A stretch of DNA of 64,000 bases, taken from the IMG/VR virus record IMGVR_UViG_3300007351_000001, one strand, 5' to 3'. Below, one piece after another: positions 42,663 through 51,970 of the stretch. Below the pieces are notes generated by a model that ran no database searches, had not been told where the DNA came from, and saw only the letters and a list, made by a program, of their open reading frames with translations. The stretch is from a virus (lineage: Duplodnaviria; Heunggongvirae; Uroviricota; Caudoviricetes). Both the position numbers and the translations under genes were made by a program. Position 1 is the first letter of the stretch. Each line of letters begins with the position of its first letter.

Positions 42663-44243
42663 GTGACGCTTCGCATTCCCTACACCAGCCGAGAGTTCGA
42701 GACCATTCTGTCCGAGATCCGTGATCGGATGCGGGCCGAACTGCCGGACTCGAACGACTTCCTCGAATCGAACGTCGGCCGGTTCATGATCGAGCTGTAC
42801 GCAGCGGTCGGCGACATGATCGCCTTCAACATGGATCGCCAGGCTGCCGAGTGCTACGTCGATACGGTCGAGACGCGCGAGCACCTGGTGGGCTTGCTGC
42901 GGCTGATCGGCTTCCAACCGTTCAACCCGGTGCCAGAAGAGACAGCTGTGCGGTTCTCGCGGGAAGCCGGCCAACCGCTCGACACGACGATCAACGTCCC
43001 GAAAGGGACGCGCCTGTTCTCGTCGGCGACCAGCCTGCCATGGGTGACCACGGCTGCGGCCGTGCTCTCCCCGTCGGTCAGCTCCGTGCTCGTGCAGGCG
43101 AAGCAAGGCGAGTACCGCACACTGAACTTCGTCTCCTCTGGGAACCCGTTCCAGGAGTTCCTCATCAACTCGCGACAGGTGGCTGAGGGCGAAGTCTTCA
43201 TCACCGTCGATGGTACAACGTGGAACCAGGCAGAGCAGAACTCGCTCGTGGGTGAGGGGCCGGACGCCCCCGTGTTCCAGGTCGTGCGGACGCAGGATCA
43301 GCGCACCATCGTGCAGTTCGGCGACAACATCGACGGCTCGATTCCAGCCAAGGGCAGCGCGATCGCGATCCAAGTGTTCCTGACCGAGCACGTGAATGGC
43401 CGCGCGACCACTGGGCAGATTGACCAGCTGGTGGACACGCTCACAGCGCCGGTCACCGTCCGCAACCCGGACCCGTCGCGCGGCGGGGCTGACTTCGAGA
43501 CGGTCGCCAGTGCGCGCATCCGGTTCCCCGAGGCGTTCGCGACGCAGAAGCGCGCCGTGACCCGTGGTGACTACGAGGCGCAGGCGAAGCTCGTACCGGG
43601 CGTGCTGCAAGCCAAGGCGGTCGACAACCAGCTCGACCCAACCGTGCCGCTGTTCAGCGTGCACGTCTTTGTCGTCGGCAATGACGGCTCAGTCTCCTCG
43701 ACGCTCAACGATGAAGTCGAGGAGCTGTTGAACGAGCGCAAGGTCAACGTGATGAAGGTCACGGTGAAAAGCCCCACGCCGATCGAGGTGCGCGTGCAGA
43801 TCGACGAGTTGTTCGTCTACCGCGACTTCGTCCCATCAGAGGTCGAATCGAACGTGCTGACGGCCATCGACAACTTCTTCATCCTGAGTGCGGATGACAC
43901 GGGCGAGATCGCCCTGGGCACCGACGTCGCGCTCTCGCGGCTCTTTGCGACGATCTCAGCCGTCGAGGGGGTCTCCTCGTTTCGCAAGACCGTGTGGGTG
44001 AACCCCTTGCCCTTGGATGACGACGGGCGCTACGACCCGCTGGGGACGCCAAGCAGTGGGGATGAGGGGATCGGAGTGATCGTCGACACAGACGATCCGG
44101 AGCTGGACGAGGTGAACACCGGCGGGGTGATCCCGGTCGGGGTGACGTCGTTCGCGCGCCTGGAGCTGGCAAGCATCGCACAGATCCCCATCAACCCGGA
44201 CGATCTGTCGCTGGGGACGAAGTCGAAGATCACGGTCGTCTAA
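42663..44243 (+). CDS. Baseplate J/gp6-like wedge protein
   Basis: AAGGAG SD; DF.ESN.G..MIEL.A..GD...F..DRQA.E.Y; F.SSG.P.Q; FGD...G.IP; GG.D.E...S.R; RAVT..DYE. Confidence 0.93.
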   Translation: MTLRIPYTSREFETILSEIRDRMRAELPDSNDFLESNVGRFMIELYAAVGDMIAFNMDRQAAECYVDTVETREHLVGLLRLIGFQPFNPVPEETAVRFSREAGQPLDTTINVPKGTRLFSSATSLPWVTTAAAVLSPSVSSVLVQAKQGEYRTLNFVSSGNPFQEFLINSRQVAEGEVFITVDGTTWNQAEQNSLVGEGPDAPVFQVVRTQDQRTIVQFGDNIDGSIPAKGSAIAIQVFLTEHVNGRATTGQIDQLVDTLTAPVTVRNPDPSRGGADFETVASARIRFPEAFATQKRAVTRGDYEAQAKLVPGVLQAKAVDNQLDPTVPLFSVHVFVVGNDGSVSSTLNDEVEELLNERKVNVMKVTVKSPTPIEVRVQIDELFVYRDFVPSEVESNVLTAIDNFFILSADDTGEIALGTDVALSRLFATISAVEGVSSFRKTVWVNPLPLDDDGRYDPLGTPSSGDEGIGVIVDTDDPELDEVNTGGVIPVGVTSFARLELASIAQIPINPDDLSLGTKSKITVV

Positions 44244-44246
44244 CCG

Positions 44247-45137
44247 ATGGCGGACCCGACGTTCGATCACACGCTCAGCGACGGGACAACCGTCACCAAC
44301 GACCAGGACACCGCGCACACGCTGCACGGCCGGGTCGTCACCGGCGACATCACCCAACGTGTCAAGGACACGTTCATCCCGGACTTCTACCGCGGTGATC
44401 CGAAGTACCAGTGCCTGGTCGACTTCCTGGAGATCGTTGCGCCGAGCTTCGACTACCTGCTGGAGCACGGCAAGGCACTCCCGTTCCTGACACAGATCGA
44501 ACGCTGCCCACCGGAGTTCCTGCCCCACCTTGGCGCGATGGTGGGCTGGCACTGGGATCCGACGCTCGACGTCGGGATTCAGCGTCGCTCGATCGAGCAG
44601 CTGGTCAAGCAGCACCACACCAAAGGGACGATCCCCGGCATCGAGCGCATCGTGCGCAAGCGCGGCGCGCAGTACGTGAAGGTGAACATCCTCTCGGAGC
44701 GCCTCTTCACCACGTCGGTGTCGACCACCTCTGGACCGGATCGGATCCCGGACGCGCTGACCTTCCGGTACGGCAGCTACGAGATCGTCACCGACATTCC
44801 TCGTTCAGCGTTCGAGGACGACCTGTTGCGCTATGCGCACCCGGCCGGCACCCGCTACCGCGTCGCACGCACGTCGATCGGGGATCCGATTGACAACCCG
44901 CGCGACATTGTCACGCCCGGCGATGAGGACCTTGATCTCGATTTCAAGGTCTCGGTGTCGGTGTACGTGTTCATCCACTTGCTCGAAGAGAACCACCAGA
45001 CGGACGACAGCGTGCCTGAAGTCACCATCATTCACGCGCTCATCACGCAGCCGCCGCAGGTGCCGGATCCGAACAGCAGCGACACGGATCCGCTGAGCCC
45101 GGAAGTGCACTTCCAAATCACCACGCAACCCGCATAA
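44247..45137 (+). CDS. Baseplate wedge/tail protein I (P2 gpI/gp7-like)
   Basis: CP.EFLPHL...VGW; KGT..GI; YAHPAG. Confidence 0.8.
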   Translation: MADPTFDHTLSDGTTVTNDQDTAHTLHGRVVTGDITQRVKDTFIPDFYRGDPKYQCLVDFLEIVAPSFDYLLEHGKALPFLTQIERCPPEFLPHLGAMVGWHWDPTLDVGIQRRSIEQLVKQHHTKGTIPGIERIVRKRGAQYVKVNILSERLFTTSVSTTSGPDRIPDALTFRYGSYEIVTDIPRSAFEDDLLRYAHPAGTRYRVARTSIGDPIDNPRDIVTPGDEDLDLDFKVSVSVYVFIHLLEENHQTDDSVPEVTIIHALITQPPQVPDPNSSDTDPLSPEVHFQITTQPA

Positions 45138-45160
45138 TCGGACGGCGGTGGAGGAGGCTG

Positions 45161-45739
45161 ATGGGGATCTATACGAACACTGGTCGCAACCTGCGCGGCG
45201 AAGACCTGATCACCAAGCGTGATTGGTTCGTCGTGCTCGGCCGGTGCCGCTTCATGAACGTCAACTTCCCGTGGGCGAACGAAGTCAGTCCGCCCGATGA
45301 GGAACTGCAGCCGACGATCTACAACGGGCAGGCGTGGCCGGACATCGACATGGATGCTCCGGCGCAGCTTGCTGTTGGGATCCGCAAGGCGGCAGTCGTC
45401 TCGCTGGTCACCCCCAACCCGTCGGGCGTCATCACCTTCGACGGCCAGCAGTGGTCGGTCACCACCGACTCGCAGGCAAAGCACGTCTACTGGAAGTTCT
45501 ACATCGAGCCCGAGGACTTCGTTGGTGACGCGCAAGGCGACAACATCGTCGGCTACCGCCGGTTGTCACTGCGCGCCAACTGCGTCCCGAAGTCCGACAG
45601 CAACAAGGACCCCAACACCCAGTCCCTTCGGGGTTTTGATCTGAGCGACCTGGGCACGCTGTTCTTCTACTCGAACCAGACCATCGTGAACCGGGCTCCC
45701 AATGAGCGGCACGTCATCGAGATCATCCTGCCGCAGTAA
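45161..45739 (+). CDS. Baseplate wedge/fibre-attachment protein (gp8-like)
   Basis: GGAGGAGG SD; TN.GR; FV.LGR; W..E..PP.E; position after gp6/gp7-like genes. Confidence 0.6.
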   Translation: MGIYTNTGRNLRGEDLITKRDWFVVLGRCRFMNVNFPWANEVSPPDEELQPTIYNGQAWPDIDMDAPAQLAVGIRKAAVVSLVTPNPSGVITFDGQQWSVTTDSQAKHVYWKFYIEPEDFVGDAQGDNIVGYRRLSLRANCVPKSDSNKDPNTQSLRGFDLSDLGTLFFYSNQTIVNRAPNERHVIEIILPQ

Positions 45740-45754
45740 GCTCAGGAGACAGCA

Positions 45755-48700
45755 GTGACGGACATCATCTACGACCGCTTCGCGGACGCACTCGACGCCG
45801 ACGGTGACCCGACCCCTCCCAAGGATTGGGATCGGATCGTTTGGCGCGCCGGCCTGGGTGTTCAGGCAGCTGAGCTGAACGAGGTCACCTCGATCTCGGA
45901 CTACTACCTGCGTCGTCTGGGACTCTCACAGTTCCCCGACGGGTCGTTGGTGAGTGGCGCCGCGGTGAAGGAGCGCGACATCGACACTGGCGTCATGGCA
46001 GTGTCCGATGGTTACTTCTTCATCCAAGGGAAGGTGCGCAAGGTCACCGGGGCGACGTTCGTCGTGCCGGCTGTTGGCACCTACCACTTCGGGCTGAAGA
46101 CCGAGATCGTGCTCGTCTACCCGACCAATGCGCCGAGCGGTGCGGAGACCGATCAGGACCTCGTCGACCCAGCACAGGAGTTGGAAAACGCCGGACTGCC
46201 TGGCGCGCTGCGTCAGAAGGTCAAGGTCTCCTGGGAGATGCATGCCGACGCGGACCCAGATGACGATACGCGGCACGTCTACGAGATCATCAACGGCATC
46301 CTGAACGAAGCGTTCCTGCCACCGTCGCGCTTCGACCTGACGCTGGAGGAGTTCGAGCGCCGCACCTACGAGTTCTTCGGGCACTTCAAGCTCTACGGCT
46401 TCACCGGCGCGTTCATCGGTCCATTCACCTCGACCGTGACGCAGTTGAAGGAAGCGGTGGCTGCCGGCTCGACCACCATCATCGTCAAGGACCGCGGCCA
46501 GCTGCTTCCGAACCAGACGCTGGTGGTGGGCGTGGGCGCGACCCAAGAGCAAGCCCTCATCTCCGGCACCTACACGCCCGCGACGGGCGAAGGCGCCGTC
46601 ACGCTCGCTGGTACGCTCGACGAGGATCACACCGCCGACGAGATCGTGGCGACGCACAAGACCGAATCGCTCGGCCTGAAGGTCGATGGTGGAATCGGCT
46701 ACGTGCGCGGTCGGCGCGTACAGATGGCCGACTCGCAGGTGATCGAGTACCCGCGGGCTCTTGATTCCAAGTTCCGCCGGCAGTCGGTCCTCATCACGCA
46801 GCCTGAAGTGCTGAGCGTCGGCGCGTCAGCCGATCTCACCAATCCGAGCGGCTCGTTCATCCCGACCAGCGCTGCGTCCATCACGGCCGGCGCCCCGTCG
46901 GCAACGGAGTGGGGCAACGAGGATAACGCGAAGATCCAAGATCAGAACCCCGCGGTTCTGCTCCTCAACAACGACTCGTCGAGCTTCCTGCGCGTGAAGG
47001 GTTTCGAGCGCGACGGCGAGACCTTCGGCGATGTGATCCCGAGCACGGCCACGATCCGCGGGATCGAGGTCACCATCGTCCGCGGCACGCTCACAGGCAC
47101 TGGCAAGACGTACGATCACACCGTGCGCCTACAGTCCGGAGGTGACGCCCCCGGTGATATGCTCGGTGAGAACAAGGCCAAGGCCGAGGCGTGGAAGAAC
47201 GTCATCTCCAGCGGCTACCAACAGATCACCTACGGCGGTCCAGAAGACCTCTGGGGCCTGTCGCCTGGGATGACGCAGGCGCAGCTGTACGCGGCGGTCA
47301 CCGACGCCGACTTCGGCGTGCGCTTGGCGATCAAGACGCAAGGCGACTCGGCGATGATCAGCCTTGTCGACGCGTTGCGTCTCACGGTCTACTACTCGCT
47401 CCTCGGCTCGAAGGCGGTCTACCAGCTCGATCAGCCGTTCGTGAAGAACGCGAGCCGCGTGGTCGCCAACGTCGACTCACCGATCATGCGCGCCCTGCAA
47501 GCAGCGTCGTCGGCGCTGCTCACGGAGTCGTCGGTCTACGACCCGTACTACGAGCCGCACCTGGTCGTACCGTCGCCGGATGCGCCGGCTTCAGGCTCGG
47601 CGTACGCGCTCGTCGTCGGCAACGTCGAGGTGTGGGACAGCTTCAGCAACGCCACGGGCTCGACGCCGACCTACGAGGAAGGGGTCGACTACACCCTCTC
47701 GTCCGGTGACCAGATCGAGTGGATCACCGGGCCGGGCATCGGGCAGCCGTACTTCGTCCGTTGGACGTACAACACTGACAACGGCAACTCGCAGGCGGCG
47801 CTCAAGCAGGGCAGCCGGATCCGGACCATCCTCGGCGACGACAGCCCGACAGATCTCCTGCCAGCTGTCGGTAGCATGCCGTCGTCGTACAGCGCCACGC
47901 AGGACGTGGCCGTGCCGCTCACGTTCTCGAACGGCTCGACGGTCCTGAAGGACGTCTTCAAGATCAACAAGATCAACGTCGGCGTCACCGTCTACGTCGC
48001 CGGTCGCGATTACGTGCTCGACTCCGGCCGGCGCTTCGAGTCGGTGGACCAGGCGCGCATTATCTGGAAGGCACACGGCAACCGGCCATCCACGTCCACG
48101 CAGTTCCAGGTGCACTGCGAGTACTGGGCGCACGCCCCAGAGGGCGACTACCTCTCGGCGGGTTCGTACTTCGACACCAACGGCATCACCCAGATCACCG
48201 ATCGTGCCATCCTGCGTGCGGCCGACGATCAGACCGTGGTCGACATTAGCGAAGACATCGCGGACGCCATCGACTTCCGGCCGCTCGGTCGCAACCCGGT
48301 CACGCCATTGGTCGGTGGGCCAAACGAGCTGCCCGACGAAGAGGGCGCCTCGACGGCGATCGTTGACTACGACTTCTTCCTCCCGCGCATGGATGCGCTC
48401 GTGCTGGCCATCGTCCCTGGCGGTGGCATCTACAAGCTCCTGCTCGGGTCGTCCTCGGCCTCGCCACAGTTGCCGGCAGTCCCGGACGACGTATTGCCAC
48501 TGCTCTACATCTCGTCGGATCCGGCTGCTACCGATCCCAAGCTCCGCGAGGCACCATCGACCCGTTTCACGGTTGCCGATCAGATCAACATCCTGCGCCG
48601 CTTGGAGAACCTCGAAGTGGCGGTGCTCACGAGCCTCCTGGAACAGTCTGGGGAGAACGCCTCGAACACGCTGATCAAGCGTGGGCTCTTCACCGACCCG

Positions 48701-51652
48701 TTCAAGGACTTCACGCGCTCGGATCTGGAGTTCAACCGCGCGGCCACCAACGGCCTCGAACCCGAGGACGGCGGCGGCGATGTGTCGTTCGACTGCGCGC
48801 TGCAACCGCTCGCGCAAGCGATCCGGATGCCGTTTGAGTTGGAGCCGTTCGCGCTCCAGCTGGACACGACCCTTTCGTCCAACGTCCACACCACTGGCAA
48901 CCAGCTCCTGATGCTCAAGCACACGGAGAAGGAACTGGCGCGCCAGCGCTACGCCACCAAGACGGTGCAGGTGAATCCCGGCCTCGTCTTCAAAGCGCCG
49001 ATGGTGGTGGAGCTGACCCCGTCCGTCGACTTCTGGCTCGACGACGCTGTCGACCCGATCATCGTCGTCCCGATCGAGGCGCAGGACCAGACGGTCAACT
49101 CGATCGCGGCCAAGCCGGCGCAGGTCCCCGACCGCAAGGCGATTCCGAACTTGCTGCGCAGCAAGTACCACGGCTACTGGAAGCTGCACCAAACCGGTGT
49201 GCGCAAGTCGGACACTGATCTGCCGTTGGAGTTCGCTCCCGCGGCGTACAACCGTCTCCACTCGGACGGCCGCACGGCCGACGGCGTCAAGCGCGGGCCG
49301 TCGATCGAGCAGGGCGGTGCACCGATCGCCGGCTCAGGCCTCACCGAGGCGTTCTCTCGGATGCGGCAGCGGTCCTCGCAGCAACCGGCCAACAACGAGT
49401 TCATCGTCAGTCACGACATCTTGCCGGCCATGCGCCAGGAGCTGGTGCAGTGCAGCGGCAAGCTCTTCCCGGCTGCGACGCCAGTGCGGGCGACGTTCGG
49501 CGGTGTGCCGATCTCGCTCACGCCAACCGGCTCGACGGCCGCGGGCACCACGCCCGGTACGATCGTCACGGACACGACCGGTGCGTTCACTGCCTCGTTC
49601 ACGGTGCCCTCGGGGCAAACTGTCGGCACCGTGCAGGTAGTGTTCTCGACCGAGACCGCTTTCAGCTCGCAGGGACCGGTCAGCGTCGCGATCGACCCAA
49701 CCACACCAGGCCTCTACATCGAGAACAAGACCGACCCGTCGGTGGGCTCGGTGATCTGGAGCAACAAGGCCAACGCCGAGACGTTGAACGGCATCGCGGC
49801 CGGTGCGGTTATCCCCGGTGGGCAGAAGTCGCAGTACTTGTTCTTCAAGCGCTTCAGCTTCGCAATCCCAACCAACGCCACGATCACTGGCGTGGTGGCG
49901 CGCGTCACGCGTGGCCACTTCACCACCTTCGGTAAGGTGCGCGATCTCCAGCTGCGTCTCTTCAAGAACGGCTCGCCGATTGGCACCAACAAGGCCGACA
50001 CTGCCACCGACTGGCCGCAGAAGCTCACTGCGCGCGACTACGGCGGGCGCACCGACACGTGGGGGGCGACGCTCACGCCGGCCGACTTCAACACCCAGGA
50101 CGTGATGGGCTTCGGCATCGCCGCTCAGTCGCTGTCGACGATCGAAAACGCACTCGTCGACGCCGTCGAGATCATCGTCTACTACACCAACCCCGATCTT
50201 CTGCAGGAGTTCTCGACGTCGGTCGCCTACGTGGCCCAGGGCCAGATCGCTCGCTCGACGGCGACCTACGCGTCGATCCTGAGCCTGCCGTACAACAACG
50301 CGCGACTGACCGGCCCGATTGCGCAGACGATCTTCACCCGCGAAGACACCTTCCTCACCTCGCTCGATCTCTACTTCGCGACCAAGGACGCCGAGCGCGG
50401 CCTAGTGGTCGAGATTCGCAACGTTGAGTCGCGCTCTGGCATCGGCGGGGCACGCCAGCTGTACACCGGCAATCCAGGCGGGCAGATCCTCGGCCGCGCG
50501 GTGCTCACACCGGCCGACGTCACCGCCAACGGCACCACGCCCACGCTCACGCGCGTACGCTTCACCGACCCCGTCTTCCTGCGTCGCAACGAGGCGTACG
50601 CCATCGTGCTCCAGACGGACTCGGACGCCTACCGCCTGTGGGTGGCACAAGAAGGCAGTCGCGACATCTCCAGCGGCACGCCGGTCACCAAGAACGCGAT
50701 CGTCGGCGACTGCTTCATCTCCCTGAACCAGTCGCTGTGGAGCAAGCAAACCGACACCGACCTCATGTTCACGCTCTGGGGCGCGCGGATCGACGCTGAC
50801 ACCACTGGGATCGCGGTGTTCCGCCCGGTCGACCTGGTCGACCGCGACGATGACCCGTTCTCCGTGCACGCGATCGTTTTGTCCGCCCCGCAGCTCCTGC
50901 CGGACAACACCAGCGCCCGGTGGGAGCTGAGCGTCGACGCCGGCCAGAACTGGATCCCGATTGAGCCGGGCGTCGATCTGTCCTTCGCCACGGTCTTCTC
51001 GAACGTGCGCTTCCGCACCCACCTCGCCACCACTACCGCTGGCACCTCGCCGGCCATCAACCGGCACGCGCCTGGCTTCGCCGCCTACGTCAACGGCGGC
51101 GACATCATCGGCGGCAATCGCCGCGTCGGCCAGTACATCACGTTCAAGAACGCGCTGTCGCAGACCTTCAACACGCTACGCACCGTGATCGACGAGCACG
51201 TACCAGCCGGTACTGATCTGCGCGTGTTCTACTCGGCCAACGACGGCGCCGCGTGGATCCCGTTCCCGATCTCGGGCTCGCTCGTGCAAGAACTCGATCT
51301 CGGCAACGACGTCATCCAACGTTCGCGCAACTCGATCGTGCCGGAGTGGGACTACGGTGTGGTGTACCTCCCCGGCCAGGTCACTCGTCCCAGTGGGAGC
51401 TTGGCCACCAACGGCCACTTCTACCGCGCCCTCAACAGCGGCTCCTCGCATCTCTCGGTGCAGCCGTCGTGGAACACGGTGTCGGCCTCGATCACCCAGG
51501 ATAACGGCGGCGCCTCGGGCTCCGGCCTCGACTGGGAGGAGGTCGGCCCGTACCCGTGGTCGGACTTCCGCGTCCGAATCTGGATGCGCACCGACGACGC
51601 GAGCGCGTCACCGCAAGCTGCCAACCTGCGCGTCATCGCCTACGACCAGTAA
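45755..51652 (+). CDS. Large distal tail/baseplate-fibre protein (DUF4815-like) with two inserted AIP/YGG domains
   Basis: F.AG..VQA.ELNE; V..G..Y..G; FLPR.D; G.F.DPF.DF; PIAQTIF...TS.DLYF..KD; V.IR.V..G.PG; Q..DLMF.L. Confidence 0.85.
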   Translation: MTDIIYDRFADALDADGDPTPPKDWDRIVWRAGLGVQAAELNEVTSISDYYLRRLGLSQFPDGSLVSGAAVKERDIDTGVMAVSDGYFFIQGKVRKVTGATFVVPAVGTYHFGLKTEIVLVYPTNAPSGAETDQDLVDPAQELENAGLPGALRQKVKVSWEMHADADPDDDTRHVYEIINGILNEAFLPPSRFDLTLEEFERRTYEFFGHFKLYGFTGAFIGPFTSTVTQLKEAVAAGSTTIIVKDRGQLLPNQTLVVGVGATQEQALISGTYTPATGEGAVTLAGTLDEDHTADEIVATHKTESLGLKVDGGIGYVRGRRVQMADSQVIEYPRALDSKFRRQSVLITQPEVLSVGASADLTNPSGSFIPTSAASITAGAPSATEWGNEDNAKIQDQNPAVLLLNNDSSSFLRVKGFERDGETFGDVIPSTATIRGIEVTIVRGTLTGTGKTYDHTVRLQSGGDAPGDMLGENKAKAEAWKNVISSGYQQITYGGPEDLWGLSPGMTQAQLYAAVTDADFGVRLAIKTQGDSAMISLVDALRLTVYYSLLGSKAVYQLDQPFVKNASRVVANVDSPIMRALQAASSALLTESSVYDPYYEPHLVVPSPDAPASGSAYALVVGNVEVWDSFSNATGSTPTYEEGVDYTLSSGDQIEWITGPGIGQPYFVRWTYNTDNGNSQAALKQGSRIRTILGDDSPTDLLPAVGSMPSSYSATQDVAVPLTFSNGSTVLKDVFKINKINVGVTVYVAGRDYVLDSGRRFESVDQARIIWKAHGNRPSTSTQFQVHCEYWAHAPEGDYLSAGSYFDTNGITQITDRAILRAADDQTVVDISEDIADAIDFRPLGRNPVTPLVGGPNELPDEEGASTAIVDYDFFLPRMDALVLAIVPGGGIYKLLLGSSSASPQLPAVPDDVLPLLYISSDPAATDPKLREAPSTRFTVADQINILRRLENLEVAVLTSLLEQSGENASNTLIKRGLFTDPFKDFTRSDLEFNRAATNGLEPEDGGGDVSFDCALQPLAQAIRMPFELEPFALQLDTTLSSNVHTTGNQLLMLKHTEKELARQRYATKTVQVNPGLVFKAPMVVELTPSVDFWLDDAVDPIIVVPIEAQDQTVNSIAAKPAQVPDRKAIPNLLRSKYHGYWKLHQTGVRKSDTDLPLEFAPAAYNRLHSDGRTADGVKRGPSIEQGGAPIAGSGLTEAFSRMRQRSSQQPANNEFIVSHDILPAMRQELVQCSGKLFPAATPVRATFGGVPISLTPTGSTAAGTTPGTIVTDTTGAFTASFTVPSGQTVGTVQVVFSTETAFSSQGPVSVAIDPTTPGLYIENKTDPSVGSVIWSNKANAETLNGIAAGAVIPGGQKSQYLFFKRFSFAIPTNATITGVVARVTRGHFTTFGKVRDLQLRLFKNGSPIGTNKADTATDWPQKLTARDYGGRTDTWGATLTPADFNTQDVMGFGIAAQSLSTIENALVDAVEIIVYYTNPDLLQEFSTSVAYVAQGQIARSTATYASILSLPYNNARLTGPIAQTIFTREDTFLTSLDLYFATKDAERGLVVEIRNVESRSGIGGARQLYTGNPGGQILGRAVLTPADVTANGTTPTLTRVRFTDPVFLRRNEAYAIVLQTDSDAYRLWVAQEGSRDISSGTPVTKNAIVGDCFISLNQSLWSKQTDTDLMFTLWGARIDADTTGIAVFRPVDLVDRDDDPFSVHAIVLSAPQLLPDNTSARWELSVDAGQNWIPIEPGVDLSFATVFSNVRFRTHLATTTAGTSPAINRHAPGFAAYVNGGDIIGGNRRVGQYITFKNALSQTFNTLRTVIDEHVPAGTDLRVFYSANDGAAWIPFPISGSLVQELDLGNDVIQRSRNSIVPEWDYGVVYLPGQVTRPSGSLATNGHFYRALNSGSSHLSVQPSWNTVSASITQDNGGASGSGLDWEEVGPYPWSDFRVRIWMRTDDASASPQAANLRVIAYDQ

Positions 51653-51655
51653 GCC

Positions 51656-51907
51656 ATGGAACGGCGGCGCGTCAGTCCTGGCATGATCGAGTACCGCCAC
51701 ACTCCGCAGGAGGAGGCGGCGATCCGCCACGCACAGGTCGAAGAACAACTGACCACGGTCGAGCACCAGCTGCTCGTCGAGCTGACCCGGCTCGTCGAGC
51801 TGCTGGTGCAAGATCGCAAGCAGCCCCCGATCGTCATCCAGCAGTGGAACAAGATCCAGCCGCTGGTGAACCAGATCCGCGCGCGTCGGCCCGGCTTCTT
51901 CAGCTAG
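51656..51907 (+). CDS. Small coiled-coil hypothetical protein (possible fibre chaperone)
   Basis: 3 nt after the fibre gene stop; IEYRHTPQEEA. Confidence 0.6.
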   Translation: MERRRVSPGMIEYRHTPQEEAAIRHAQVEEQLTTVEHQLLVELTRLVELLVQDRKQPPIVIQQWNKIQPLVNQIRARRPGFFS

Positions 51908-51970
51908 TGCTTCACCTTCCTACCGCGAGTTTGCTACGGTAGCGCGCGGTTGGTGGGGAGGTGCGGTGGG

